64,000 nucleotides of DNA from a virus: IMG/VR virus record IMGVR_UViG_3300045988_141072, positions 32,001 to 96,000 of that record; one strand, given 5' to 3'. Shown in pieces: positions 49,501-57,468 of this stretch. Under the pieces are notes generated by a model that had not been told where the DNA came from, made no database searches, and saw nothing but the letters and a program-made list of their open reading frames with translations. The translations under genes were made by a program, and so were the position numbers. The stretch's first letter is position 1. Every line of letters starts with the position of its first letter.

Positions 49501-51293
49501 TTGAGATATTTATTATATTCTGAAGCAAGCTTATCCACATTTGCATTTTTTCTAAAAGTACCATCTAATTTGATAGAATTTTCAATTAACTTAGATACAT
49601 TCTTCCACTGCGTTTCGATGTCGGTGACACTACTTACACCCGATGCTCTTGCAAGAGTAGATTCTATATTCTGTAATGTCTTTAACATTGACTGCAATTC
49701 GGTTAATTGACCAAGACTTTTTGAAATTTCTTCTGCAAATTTATCAAATCCTTTAAAACTAAAATTCTTTGAATCTGCTGAATTTAATAATTCATTAACC
49801 TCTACAAGTTTGTCAGCAAGTTCATTAACCTCTTTTTTTGATTCTGCTATTTGACCTGTAATATCAATCTTTTTACCAGAATCGGAAGAAAGAAGTGCGT
49901 CTGATATTTTTTTGAATTCTTTTTCATTAAAATCAAAACATAATTTAATAGGAGAAATTTCAAATATATTTTGAATTTTACCAATTGTTTTCTTAGAATA
50001 AGAAACAGCCTCATCCATTATAGAAGTAAATGTCTTCTTATAAACACCTTCTAAATCAATAACTGCATCTTCACCAGTTTTTGCTAATTCTCTTTGATAT
50101 TTTTTTGAATAAGACTTGCTTACAGTTCCGACTTCACCTTTTTTCTCAGAAGATACTGCATTTGGTGCTACTACAAGTTTTACAGGAGCAACAACAGGAT
50201 TATTATTAAGATCATTCTGCAAATTATCAAGAATAGGAGAGAGCTTCTTCCATAATTCAGACGAAGTGGTTTCAATTGTTACACCAGTTACTAATTCTGC
50301 TGAATTTGGATTGAGTTTATCTGATATTTTTGCGGAAGCTGTTTTAGACGAAGTAGGTTTTATCATTTTTTCTAATTCTTCACGAGTTTTGATAGCCGAT
50401 TCACGAATTTCATCTAAAGTACCCTTTACGATTTTTCCATATTCAGATACTTTTTTGTCAACATTGTCATCAGAAATAAGTATTGAATCGCCAAATGTAT
50501 ATTCCCCTGTTTTATCAGGAATATCCATTAACTGTTGAATAGAATCATGTAAATCGGCAGCTTTTAATTTTAATATATTAATTTGGTTAATTGTTTTTTC
50601 AAAACCAATACTGTTTTTATCAAAGTTTGAAAGTTCCGATTCAGATTTTTCGATTAATTCAAGAGTGTTTTTTAAATCCCTGGCAAGAACATCTAATTCT
50701 GCTTGAGCTTGATCTGTATCAAATAATTCATATTTTGAACCTTTTGCATCACTGAATTCATCTGTACTTTTAAGTAGTTTATTAATTTCTTTTATCTGAG
50801 ATTTTGCTTGATTTACTGCGTTATCATCAAATGACATTAATGAAATGCCTTGATCATTAAGCTTCTTAATCATTGTATCAATAGCATTATTTGTATTCTG
50901 TACATAGTCTTGGAAATCTTTAAATTGACTACTTATTTTACTTATATCAATACCATTTCCAAGTATTTTTATTTGTGAATTTATAGTTGAAACAGCTAAA
51001 TCTAATCTATCAATTTCTGCACGAACAGATTCAAAATTCTTATTAACAGTTTGCTTAAAAGCCTTAAAACTGTTTTTATCCACTTTTCCGATACTTAAAT
51101 CAGAAAAAGATTTTTCCATATCTGCCTTAAAACGTTTTAATTCAGCAATAGTGTTATCAAATTGTGCCTTCATTCCTTTTGATAACTTATCACTTGAAGC
51201 CATCTCGGTTAAAGCAGATTCGTAATCACGAATCATCTGATTAAGCTCATTCTTATAATCAATAGCAATACTTACTACACCATCTTTTGCCAT
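46510..51293 (-). CDS. tail tape measure protein, upstream piece (putative exon 1; as an unspliced ORF it ends at 46500)
   Basis: TP901-type TMP core near the C-terminus (LGSSISNIVSLQADWARLGY...AIDTQGIGEALKRSAASF...SIGTTFKTLSARIRG). About 1200 aa of coiled-coil-rich N-terminal extension. AAGGAGGAA RBS. Confidence 0.8.
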
Positions 51294-51308
51294 TTTAATT
51301 CCTCCTTA

Positions 51309-51785
51309 TTAAATTTTGCATCTATTCTGCATGTCTTTTATTAATTCATTTTTATATTTTTCCATTTCGTTATAAATATTAAAACTTGCAGCAACTCCAT
51401 ATCCACCATGCCAATCACCACCATGCCAAGTACCAGATGGATTATAGATATATGTACTCAATAAATATTGTCCTGATATGGAATCATTTCTAATTACTGG
51501 ATAATCTTTCATAGTAGTACCATCAATACGAACACCACCATAAAATCTATCAGTTCCATTTTTGTAATATTTATGCGCTGATCTATATAAATTGAAGGTA
51601 CGACTATAGTATGGTTCATCGTATTTATTCAATTTTGGTTGATAATCGGCATAATACCAATCGAGTAAGGTAATATAATGGTTTGTTAATTTTTCAGAAG
51701 CCTCATGTGCTAATTTTTTTGCTTTTTCTTGGCATTGTTTTTCTATCTTACTTATAAAATTCTGATCTAGTCTAAATGAACCCAT
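51309..51785 (-). CDS. hypothetical protein immediately upstream of the tape measure gene
   Basis: GGAGGTG RBS. 158 aa. No motif recognised. Confidence 0.5.
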   Translation of the reverse strand: MGSFRLDQNFISKIEKQCQEKAKKLAHEASEKLTNHYITLLDWYYADYQPKLNKYDEPYYSRTFNLYRSAHKYYKNGTDRFYGGVRIDGTTMKDYPVIRNDSISGQYLLSTYIYNPSGTWHGGDWHGGYGVAASFNIYNEMEKYKNELIKDMQNRCKI

Positions 51786-51890
51786 TTATCATCACCTCCA
51801 AAATTTCACTATTTTTACACTAAAATAGGAGAGTAGTAATACTGCTCTCCATAAGAAAAGCTCTATATGCTTTGATACGTATAGAGCCTG

Positions 51891-51919
51891 TTTATTTTAT
51901 TTATTATATATGATATAAT
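51891..51919 (+). promoter_or_regulatory. candidate + strand promoter (TTTATT, 17 nt, TGATATAAT extended -10)
   Basis: Seen at 51891-51896 and 51911-51919, upstream of the 28-codon ORF. Confidence 0.4.
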
Positions 51920-51962
51920 TATTGCACCTGTGGTAAATATAGGTAGATAAGGAATTGCTGTA

Positions 51963-52049
51963 ATGGAAATCGCTTGTTCAGTCGTTTCTGCCTGTGTTGC
52001 AGTCTTAGGGCTTGTATATACAGTATACAGAGACAATAAAAAGAAATAA
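51963..52049 (+). CDS. 28-aa hydrophobic peptide with basic tail (type I toxin-like)
   Basis: MEIACSVVSACVAVLGLVYTVYRDNKKK. AAGGA 9 nt upstream. Opposite strand to the surrounding late operon. Confidence 0.4.
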   Translation: MEIACSVVSACVAVLGLVYTVYRDNKKK

Positions 52050-52216
52050 TATAACCTATTATTTTAAGTACCACAGATGCGAGTATCTACTTGATAAGGT
52101 TGACGTGATAGAGCGGTAGAAGACCAGTCACCTTCTGCTACACAAAACTATAATAACAAAACCTATATTTACATAGTTCTTGAGGGACAACCTAACCAAG
52201 TAGAGAAAGTATTTGC

Positions 52217-52244
52217 TTGACAATACGATTATAAATGTTATAAT
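52217..52244 (+). promoter_or_regulatory. near-consensus sigma-70-type promoter (TTGACA, 16 nt, TGtTATAAT)
   Basis: TTGACA at 52217-52222. TG at 52236-52237. TATAAT at 52239-52244. Confidence 0.6.
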
Positions 52245-52250
52245 CAACAA

Positions 52251-52407
52251 TAGAACAAGCAAAATAATAAAATCCATTATATGTACTAATCCATATCTTC
52301 ATTGCAATCTGACTAATTGTAGCCGAAGACTTAAAGAAAAGAAGTACATCAGGAGGCAGGAGATAGCATCATATTATTCGTAATGTGGTGCTATCTCTCG
52401 TTTTAAT
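52251..52407 (+). ncRNA. candidate ~155-nt small RNA between the consensus promoter and a terminator
   Basis: No ORF longer than 7 codons. 11-bp terminator stem GAGATAGCATC (52360-52370) pairs with GGTGCTATCTC (52387-52397), followed by TCGTTTTAAT. Confidence 0.45.
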
Positions 52408-52423
52408 AAGAAATTTGAATTTC

Positions 52424-52699
52424 TTATACATTTATATATGTATTTGTTTCTTCATCTAATTTTAAAAATGCATGAGCCAACGTAGCTTTTCTATCATCCT
52501 TAGAAACAAGAGTAATATATAAGTCTTCTGATCCATCATCCTTTTTCAAAAGTTCGCTCTCCGACCCAATTTTATTTTTATTTTCCTGTTCTAATCTATA
52601 TTTTGCTAAAAGCATTAGAGCCTCACCACAAGTTCCGTTGAAATCATCTGGAAGATTAAACCAACATTCTTCTATATAAAATAGCTTGTTTGATACCAT
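52424..52699 (-). CDS. hypothetical protein (tail-assembly region, positional)
   Basis: 91-aa ORF directly after 52703..53329. Confidence 0.4.
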   Translation of the reverse strand: MVSNKLFYIEECWFNLPDDFNGTCGEALMLLAKYRLEQENKNKIGSESELLKKDDGSEDLYITLVSKDDRKATLAHAFLKLDEETNTYINV

Positions 52700-52702
52700 A
52701 TT

Positions 52703-53329
52703 CTATACCTCTTTAAAATTTGCGGTACTGCTAAGTTTATAATCATCAAGAATCTTTCTCAACTCATCATTGGATAAACTATCAAGTTTCTTATTCACAA
52801 CATCAACAAGTGGTGTGAGAGTAGCTTCGCCAAGAGTTTTGAATCTATCTACCTGTCTTTCGATAAAAGCCTGTGGATCAGAATAATTTTTTAATGTATC
52901 TGAGACTTTCATATCTAGTACAGTCCTAAATTCGCCTAATTCACTTATAGGAATAAGTGGATCAGCTTTATCAGAACCAACCATTAAAATATCGAGTAAG
53001 CCAGATGATTTAAGTGCATCATATTCTTTAATAAAACTTCCGTCTTCAATCTCAAGATTAGTATATAATTCAATCACTGCACGGCAGAACTGTACATACT
53101 GCGCAACTGAATTTAGATTAATTTTGTCTGTTTTACGATACTTTGTTTTACCATTGTCATCATAAGATTCCTGCTTAAACATTGTTTTATCTACAATTAA
53201 CTGTGCATAAGTATCTTTTTTTATTATTGATACATATGGACTTATCTTAATTTTTTCTTCGATGAATCTATCTTTTGACTGTTGTGTAGCTATATCGTTA
53301 TATCTTTTTACAAATTCTAAAATTTTCAT
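52703..53329 (-). CDS. hypothetical protein, possible tail assembly chaperone (positional only)
   Basis: 208-aa acidic ORF between the tail tube and tape measure genes. Confidence 0.35.
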   Translation of the reverse strand: MKILEFVKRYNDIATQQSKDRFIEEKIKISPYVSIIKKDTYAQLIVDKTMFKQESYDDNGKTKYRKTDKINLNSVAQYVQFCRAVIELYTNLEIEDGSFIKEYDALKSSGLLDILMVGSDKADPLIPISELGEFRTVLDMKVSDTLKNYSDPQAFIERQVDRFKTLGEATLTPLVDVVNKKLDSLSNDELRKILDDYKLSSTANFKEV

Positions 53330-53353
53330 ATATTATTCCTTTCTTTCCAATAC

Positions 53354-53383
53354 AAAAAAGAGACTGGTCACAAAACCAGTCTC
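53354..53383 (-). terminator. rho-independent terminator closing the accessory island
   Basis: GAGACTGGT (53360-53368) pairs with ACCAGTCTC (53375-53383). On the - strand it is followed by UUUUUUG. Confidence 0.6.
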
Positions 53384-53402
53384 CCTTAGATAATTTTATT
53401 AT

Positions 53403-53594
53403 TTAGTTTTTTGTTTTTAATGCGACTTCGCAAGGTAGTAATAGCCACTTTGCATTTTTGTGTTTATGTATATTTTGTTCAACAAAGATGTGAACTTCAT
53501 CTAAAGTTGCCTTATTTACATCTTCCAAAACCTTATACTCAAACACGTCATTTTCATCAACACATACAAGTTTAAAGAATGTCGAGTTTCCCAT
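53403..53594 (-). CDS. hypothetical 63-aa protein downstream of the XRE regulator
   Basis: AAAGGGGTG RBS before the ATG at 53594. The ORF-track start at 53633 is an upstream extension. Confidence 0.4.
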   Translation of the reverse strand: MGNSTFFKLVCVDENDVFEYKVLEDVNKATLDEVHIFVEQNIHKHKNAKWLLLPCEVALKTKN

Positions 53595-53610
53595 ACTGTC
53601 ACCCCTTTCT

Positions 53611-53805
53611 TCATTTGATACAAAACAATTCATAAAGATCTACGTGTAAAATTTTGGAAAGAGTAATGGCATTCCTCAACATAATATCATTCGTATATCC
53701 ATTCTCGATACGGTTTAATTCTGCAACAGAGATTCCACTTAATCGAGATAGCTCTTGTAATGTTATATTATTTTTATTTCTATAATACCATAATTTATTT
53801 TCCAT
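53611..53805 (-). CDS. XRE/Cro-type helix-turn-helix regulator
   Basis: ITLQELSRLSGISVAELNRIENG HTH. 64 aa. Confidence 0.7.
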   Translation of the reverse strand: MENKLWYYRNKNNITLQELSRLSGISVAELNRIENGYTNDIMLRNAITLSKILHVDLYELFCIK

Positions 53806-53861
53806 AATTTTAATGTGTTCAATATGCTTATTGTTTATACATGAATTATATAATGGAAAAA

Positions 53862-53877
53862 TTTACATTCGTGTAAA
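53862..53877. promoter_or_regulatory. palindromic operator-like site TTTACA-TTCG-TGTAAA in the XRE promoter region
   Basis: Perfect 6-bp inverted repeat overlapping a TTTACA -35-like box on the - strand, upstream of a TATATAAT box. Confidence 0.35.
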
Positions 53878-53908
53878 ATTAGTTATAGTATAATATTATT
53901 TTGTGTGA

Positions 53909-54409
53909 TTAGATATGCGTTTCTTTTATAAGCAAATCAACATCATATTTATATCTAGTTCTTTTTTTATTATTTTGAATTCGAGTTGCGTTATAATCTT
54001 CTAAATCCTTTATGTTAAAAGACTTCTTATTTATATTTTTCATCATATCCATAAAATCACTAATCTCAATGAAGAATGTATCGTTATTGTTATTACGAAA
54101 ATTACAAATAAAGCCTGCGACAAGATTGTGTTTACTTGCTTCTTGTAAAGATTTTATTTGATTGTCTCGAATCATTGAAAGTGAAATACTCGTATTTGAA
54201 GTCGATTTTAATTCCCACAAAAACAATGTTTGAGTTAAATCATCAAAACATATATAATCACATATGTTACTACTTGCGAATCTGGTGTTATTACCATTTC
54301 CAAATGAAGCAGCGTTATCTCTTAATCTATATATCCAACAAGTGTCAGGAGCAGACACTTTAAAATCCGATTCAAAAAGTTTTCCTGGATTTTTAGTTAT
54401 GTTAATCAC
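53909..54409 (-). CDS. RecU-like Holliday junction resolvase / PD-(D/E)xK nuclease
   Basis: DYICFDD...LFLWELKST...IRDNQIKSLQE...VAGFICNF follows the RecU pattern DY-x-G...FE-x-K...hQ. Confidence 0.55.
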   Translation of the reverse strand: MINITKNPGKLFESDFKVSAPDTCWIYRLRDNAASFGNGNNTRFASSNICDYICFDDLTQTLFLWELKSTSNTSISLSMIRDNQIKSLQEASKHNLVAGFICNFRNNNNDTFFIEISDFMDMMKNINKKSFNIKDLEDYNATRIQNNKKRTRYKYDVDLLIKETHI

Positions 54410-54551
54410 CTCTTGATTATTATTTAAGGGTAGGAGAGTAGTCTAGCCACATACTCTCCAAAAACAAAATGCCCTTACCACATGGCTAGATAGTGGTAAA
54501 GACACTTTACAGAATAGAAGAGCGATTCCCAAAGAAACCGCTCTTTCAAAC

Positions 54552-55064
54552 TTAAAAATTACCATTTTTCATTTTTTCTTGATAAGCCTCATTAATGATT
54601 TTCATCGAATTTTCAACTTCACCATTTTTTAAACCATGTTCAGTTAATATTCTTTCATATGATTCATAAGTTTTAAAACAATGCTTAAAACAATCTTTAT
54701 TACATGGTTTATTTTCAGATATTTTTGTCGCAAAATTATTAATTTCCCAGCGATAATCGTTAATTTCTTTTTCAACAAACATCGTTGTTAATTTTGCTAA
54801 ATCATCTTTTATTGCCTTATCATGTTTTATAGCACGTTCCGTATCTTTTGCCTCTTTATCTTTTAATTCATTGAGTGCTTCCGAAGTTTTGATAAGCAAT
54901 TCATGTTCTTCACGTTTTAGTCGCATAGACCTCGTTTCCAAACCCAACAATTTAATGAACCAATCAAACAACGTCCACATAAATTTAAATGCTAACAAAA
55001 TAGTACAAATGGAAATAATTAAAGTACCATAATTAATCTGTGTAAGTTCCTTTATTGCATCCAT
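54552..55064 (-). CDS. membrane-anchored coiled-coil protein
   Basis: N-terminal TM segment (GTLIISICTILLAFKFMWTLF), then a charged helical region. Confidence 0.45.
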   Translation of the reverse strand: MDAIKELTQINYGTLIISICTILLAFKFMWTLFDWFIKLLGLETRSMRLKREEHELLIKTSEALNELKDKEAKDTERAIKHDKAIKDDLAKLTTMFVEKEINDYRWEINNFATKISENKPCNKDCFKHCFKTYESYERILTEHGLKNGEVENSMKIINEAYQEKMKNGNF

Positions 55065-55072
55065 TCATACTA

Positions 55073-55381
55073 TTACCTGCTTTCTTTAATCTTTTTTAAT
55101 ATTTCTTCAATATCTTCAGCAACCAATTCACCATTCTTAATTGAATCGGTGATATTCTGGGCAATCTGAGAAGCAGGTGTTACATTGAAGTTTTTATATG
55201 TATTATACAATGTCATTATAATTAAAAATACAATTGACACGATTTCTGATGCTTCATCATTTGTAACAGGAATTGTATTAATTCCGAATATCTGTAATAC
55301 TGCATTGATTAATGCTATAAGTAAAACAACTATTCTTGTAATCGCTTCGGGAGTAATTCCCTTTAAATTTATTTTCTTCAT
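55073..55381 (-). CDS. holin, SPP1/XhlB-type family
   Basis: AAGGAGG RBS. GITPEAITRIVVLLIALINAVLQIFGINTIPVTNDE...TLYNTYKNFNVT matches the family pattern (TxxRxxxLxxALxNqxLxxxG ... KNNxxT). Confidence 0.65.
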   Translation of the reverse strand: MKKINLKGITPEAITRIVVLLIALINAVLQIFGINTIPVTNDEASEIVSIVFLIIMTLYNTYKNFNVTPASQIAQNITDSIKNGELVAEDIEEILKKIKESR

Positions 55382-55559
55382 TATTTTCCTCCTTGTTTTT
55401 ATTTAACCAAGACCAATCTTGAATTTGTCCACAAGAACAAACTTTTTGCCGAGGCGATATTTCTTCACCACAACGTACACAAACCGCATACCCACCATCA
55501 AGCTCTATGTATGGTTCTAATGGTGTCTTTTTTGAAATATTATCTATACTCATATACAC
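55278..55559 (-). CDS. zinc-ribbon small protein; 3' end overlaps the holin start by 104 nt
   Basis: CVRCGEEISPRQKVCSCGQ. The C-terminal ~35 codons are low-complexity and overlap the holin RBS and start, so the true end is uncertain. Confidence 0.35.
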   Translation of the reverse strand: MYMSIDNISKKTPLEPYIELDGGYAVCVRCGEEISPRQKVCSCGQIQDWSWLNKNKEENNEENKFKGNYSRSDYKNSCFTYSINQCSITDIRN

Positions 55560-56653
55560 GACCTCAAAATTTCAATATTTTTTTTCAAATTTTTACAGAA
55601 GCACTCTAATTCTTTTTTTGTTTCATTTCCATTAAAAGTAATACGAATACAATTGTTAATATCATTTTTATCTATATTTATTGCAGTAAGGGTAGAGGAG
55701 GGTGATAAATCACCACTTGCACAAGCACTACCAGTGCTAACCTGATAATCATTCATATCTAGTAAAATCATCAACGATTCACCGGGGACGTTTTTAAAAC
55801 ATATATATAAATTATGTGGAAGCCTATGTTGTAATTTTGAACCGATTAAATAACAATCTGATATATTATTAATAATATAATTATAGACATAATCTCGACT
55901 ACACGATGTAATAGAAGAATAATCATAGTTTTTAATTGCTTTACCTAACGCCCCAATACCAAACACGTTTTCTGTACCACCAAACAATCCTTGTTCCTGC
56001 GAACCATATATAAGGGGTTCGAGTTCGATTGATGATTTTTTATATAAAACACCTGTCCCCTTCAATGCTCCAAGTTTATGAGCAGAAAAACCCAGACCAT
56101 CAACATCTAGTGCTTTGACATCAACAGGAATTTGACTGATTGATCCTGTACAATCAACATAGATGATTGCATTATAAAAGTGAGATATCTCAATAATCTG
56201 TTTTACATCCTGAATTGTTCCTATCTCAGAGTTGGCATATTCTATAACTACAAGCTTCTTCATTGTATCCATAGATAAACATTCTTTAAGATCCTGAATA
56301 TCTATCTTACCTGTATAGTCGACTTTGAGTGGACTCTTGTATTTAAGTGATTCTACACATTTTAATACCGACTTATGAGAAGTAGGGGAGTATAATACTT
56401 TACATTCATTTTTCTGAGTATAACCTTTAATAAACAGTGTATTATTGGCTGAACCACCGGATGTAAAGATAATGTTTTGAGAATCTGCGTTGATAAATTT
56501 CACTACATTATGTCGTGCGTCATTAATTATTTGTTTAGTTGCAACACCAGACTGATATAGCGATGAGGGATTTTGATATATATCCAACAAATAAACAATA
56601 AAATCTTTAACTTCTTGTTTTAGTGGGGTAGTAGCAGCATTATCTAAATACAT
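55550..56653 (-). CDS. cysteine desulfurase (class V aminotransferase, NifS/IscS-like)
   Basis: N-terminal YLDNAATTP. PLP lysine context SAHKLGALKGTGVLY. GGTENV. Active-site Cys loop STGSACASG. Confidence 0.85.
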   Translation of the reverse strand: MYLDNAATTPLKQEVKDFIVYLLDIYQNPSSLYQSGVATKQIINDARHNVVKFINADSQNIIFTSGGSANNTLFIKGYTQKNECKVLYSPTSHKSVLKCVESLKYKSPLKVDYTGKIDIQDLKECLSMDTMKKLVVIEYANSEIGTIQDVKQIIEISHFYNAIIYVDCTGSISQIPVDVKALDVDGLGFSAHKLGALKGTGVLYKKSSIELEPLIYGSQEQGLFGGTENVFGIGALGKAIKNYDYSSITSCSRDYVYNYIINNISDCYLIGSKLQHRLPHNLYICFKNVPGESLMILLDMNDYQVSTGSACASGDLSPSSTLTAINIDKNDINNCIRITFNGNETKKELECFCKNLKKNIEILRSCI

Positions 56654-56667
56654 AAAACAATCACCAC

Positions 56668-56889
56668 CTAATCTAATTCATAATTACACCACTTTTTATA
56701 AACATCAGTAGTATCTTCTTTTAAAAATACCATAGCAAGAATGGCATTGTTTTTATCATCAATACTCGTATAAATATCAATAGGGAACACATTGTTTTTT
56801 ATATAGAGTAACATTTGCTTAGGGTTAATTATTCTGATAACCTCGTGTGGCAAATAATTTCTTGCTTTTTTTAAATTTGTTTCAATCAT
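56668..56889 (-). CDS. small hypothetical protein (DUF5659-like)
   Basis: 73-aa ORF. Pattern ...MLLYIKNNVFPIDIY...NAILAMVFLKED resembles small Firmicute phage proteins. Confidence 0.35.
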   Translation of the reverse strand: MIETNLKKARNYLPHEVIRIINPKQMLLYIKNNVFPIDIYTSIDDKNNAILAMVFLKEDTTDVYKKWCNYELD

Positions 56890-57009
56890 TTTAGTTATTT
56901 TTCCTTTTATTCCTTTTTTATTTGAAAATCCTATTCATTTTCGTAAAAAATAGGGAATATAAAACTAATTGAATAGTAATTATATCCCCTATCAGAATTT
57001 TTTAAATCA

Positions 57010-57393
57010 CTATTCAACATTACGAAATCCTTTCTTTTTTACAGGATTTTTAAATACCTTATCTGAATTTTCAATCATTTCAGTTTTTTCATTTTTAACA
57101 ATTTTAGAAGTTTCTGTTGAATTCATTTTTTTGACTTCAACAGAAATTTTCTTTAAAGTGTTTTTATAACTTTCACCAAAATTATCTTTTTTAGATAAAT
57201 CTAGTTTTGATAATTTTTCATTTGCCGTTTTTGCATCAATCTGACCATTTTCATATGAAGATGTTATTTTATAAATATCTTTACAATTTTCACAACAATA
57301 TGAAAACATCCATGTTGGAAGTTCTTTGTGACATATATTGCAATATTCATACTGATTATGACAAACACAGCAAGTTCTTAAATTTTTAGACAT
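57010..57393 (-). CDS. Cys-rich zinc-finger protein with Lys-rich C-terminus
   Basis: AAAGGAG RBS before the ATG at 57393. CCVCHNQYEYCNICH...YCCENCKDIY. Confidence 0.45.
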   Translation of the reverse strand: MSKNLRTCCVCHNQYEYCNICHKELPTWMFSYCCENCKDIYKITSSYENGQIDAKTANEKLSKLDLSKKDNFGESYKNTLKKISVEVKKMNSTETSKIVKNEKTEMIENSDKVFKNPVKKKGFRNVE

Positions 57394-57468
57394 TAAATAC
57401 TCCTTTAAATACAAATAGAAGAGTAGAATATATCCACCCCTCTATTTGTGTATTATTTAATTACAAAA

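Noticed and set aside
46525-50538. Several 60-180-aa + strand ORFs antisense to the upstream tape measure piece (46525..46716, 46828..47235, 47446..47628, 48381..48632, 49165..49710, 50116..50538). Similar ORFs lie opposite the downstream piece (35915..36307, 37178..37375, 37631..37816, 38501..38827, 39530..39823).
   Set aside because: These are shadow ORFs of a long Lys/Glu/Asp-rich gene. They give Ser/Leu/Phe-rich low-complexity translations, have no RBS, and are fully contained within a well-supported gene.
52060-52140. Possible tRNA in the 51.8-52.4 kb non-coding gap.
   Set aside because: I could find no cloverleaf, no T-loop (GTTCRANYC-like) and no acceptor-stem complementarity.
52424-53329. 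Programmed -1 frameshift (G/GT-type) between the two ORFs upstream of the tape measure gene.
   Set aside because: The ORFs are separated by a stop codon plus 3 nt. I saw no overlap or slippery heptamer, and their chaperone identity is only positional.
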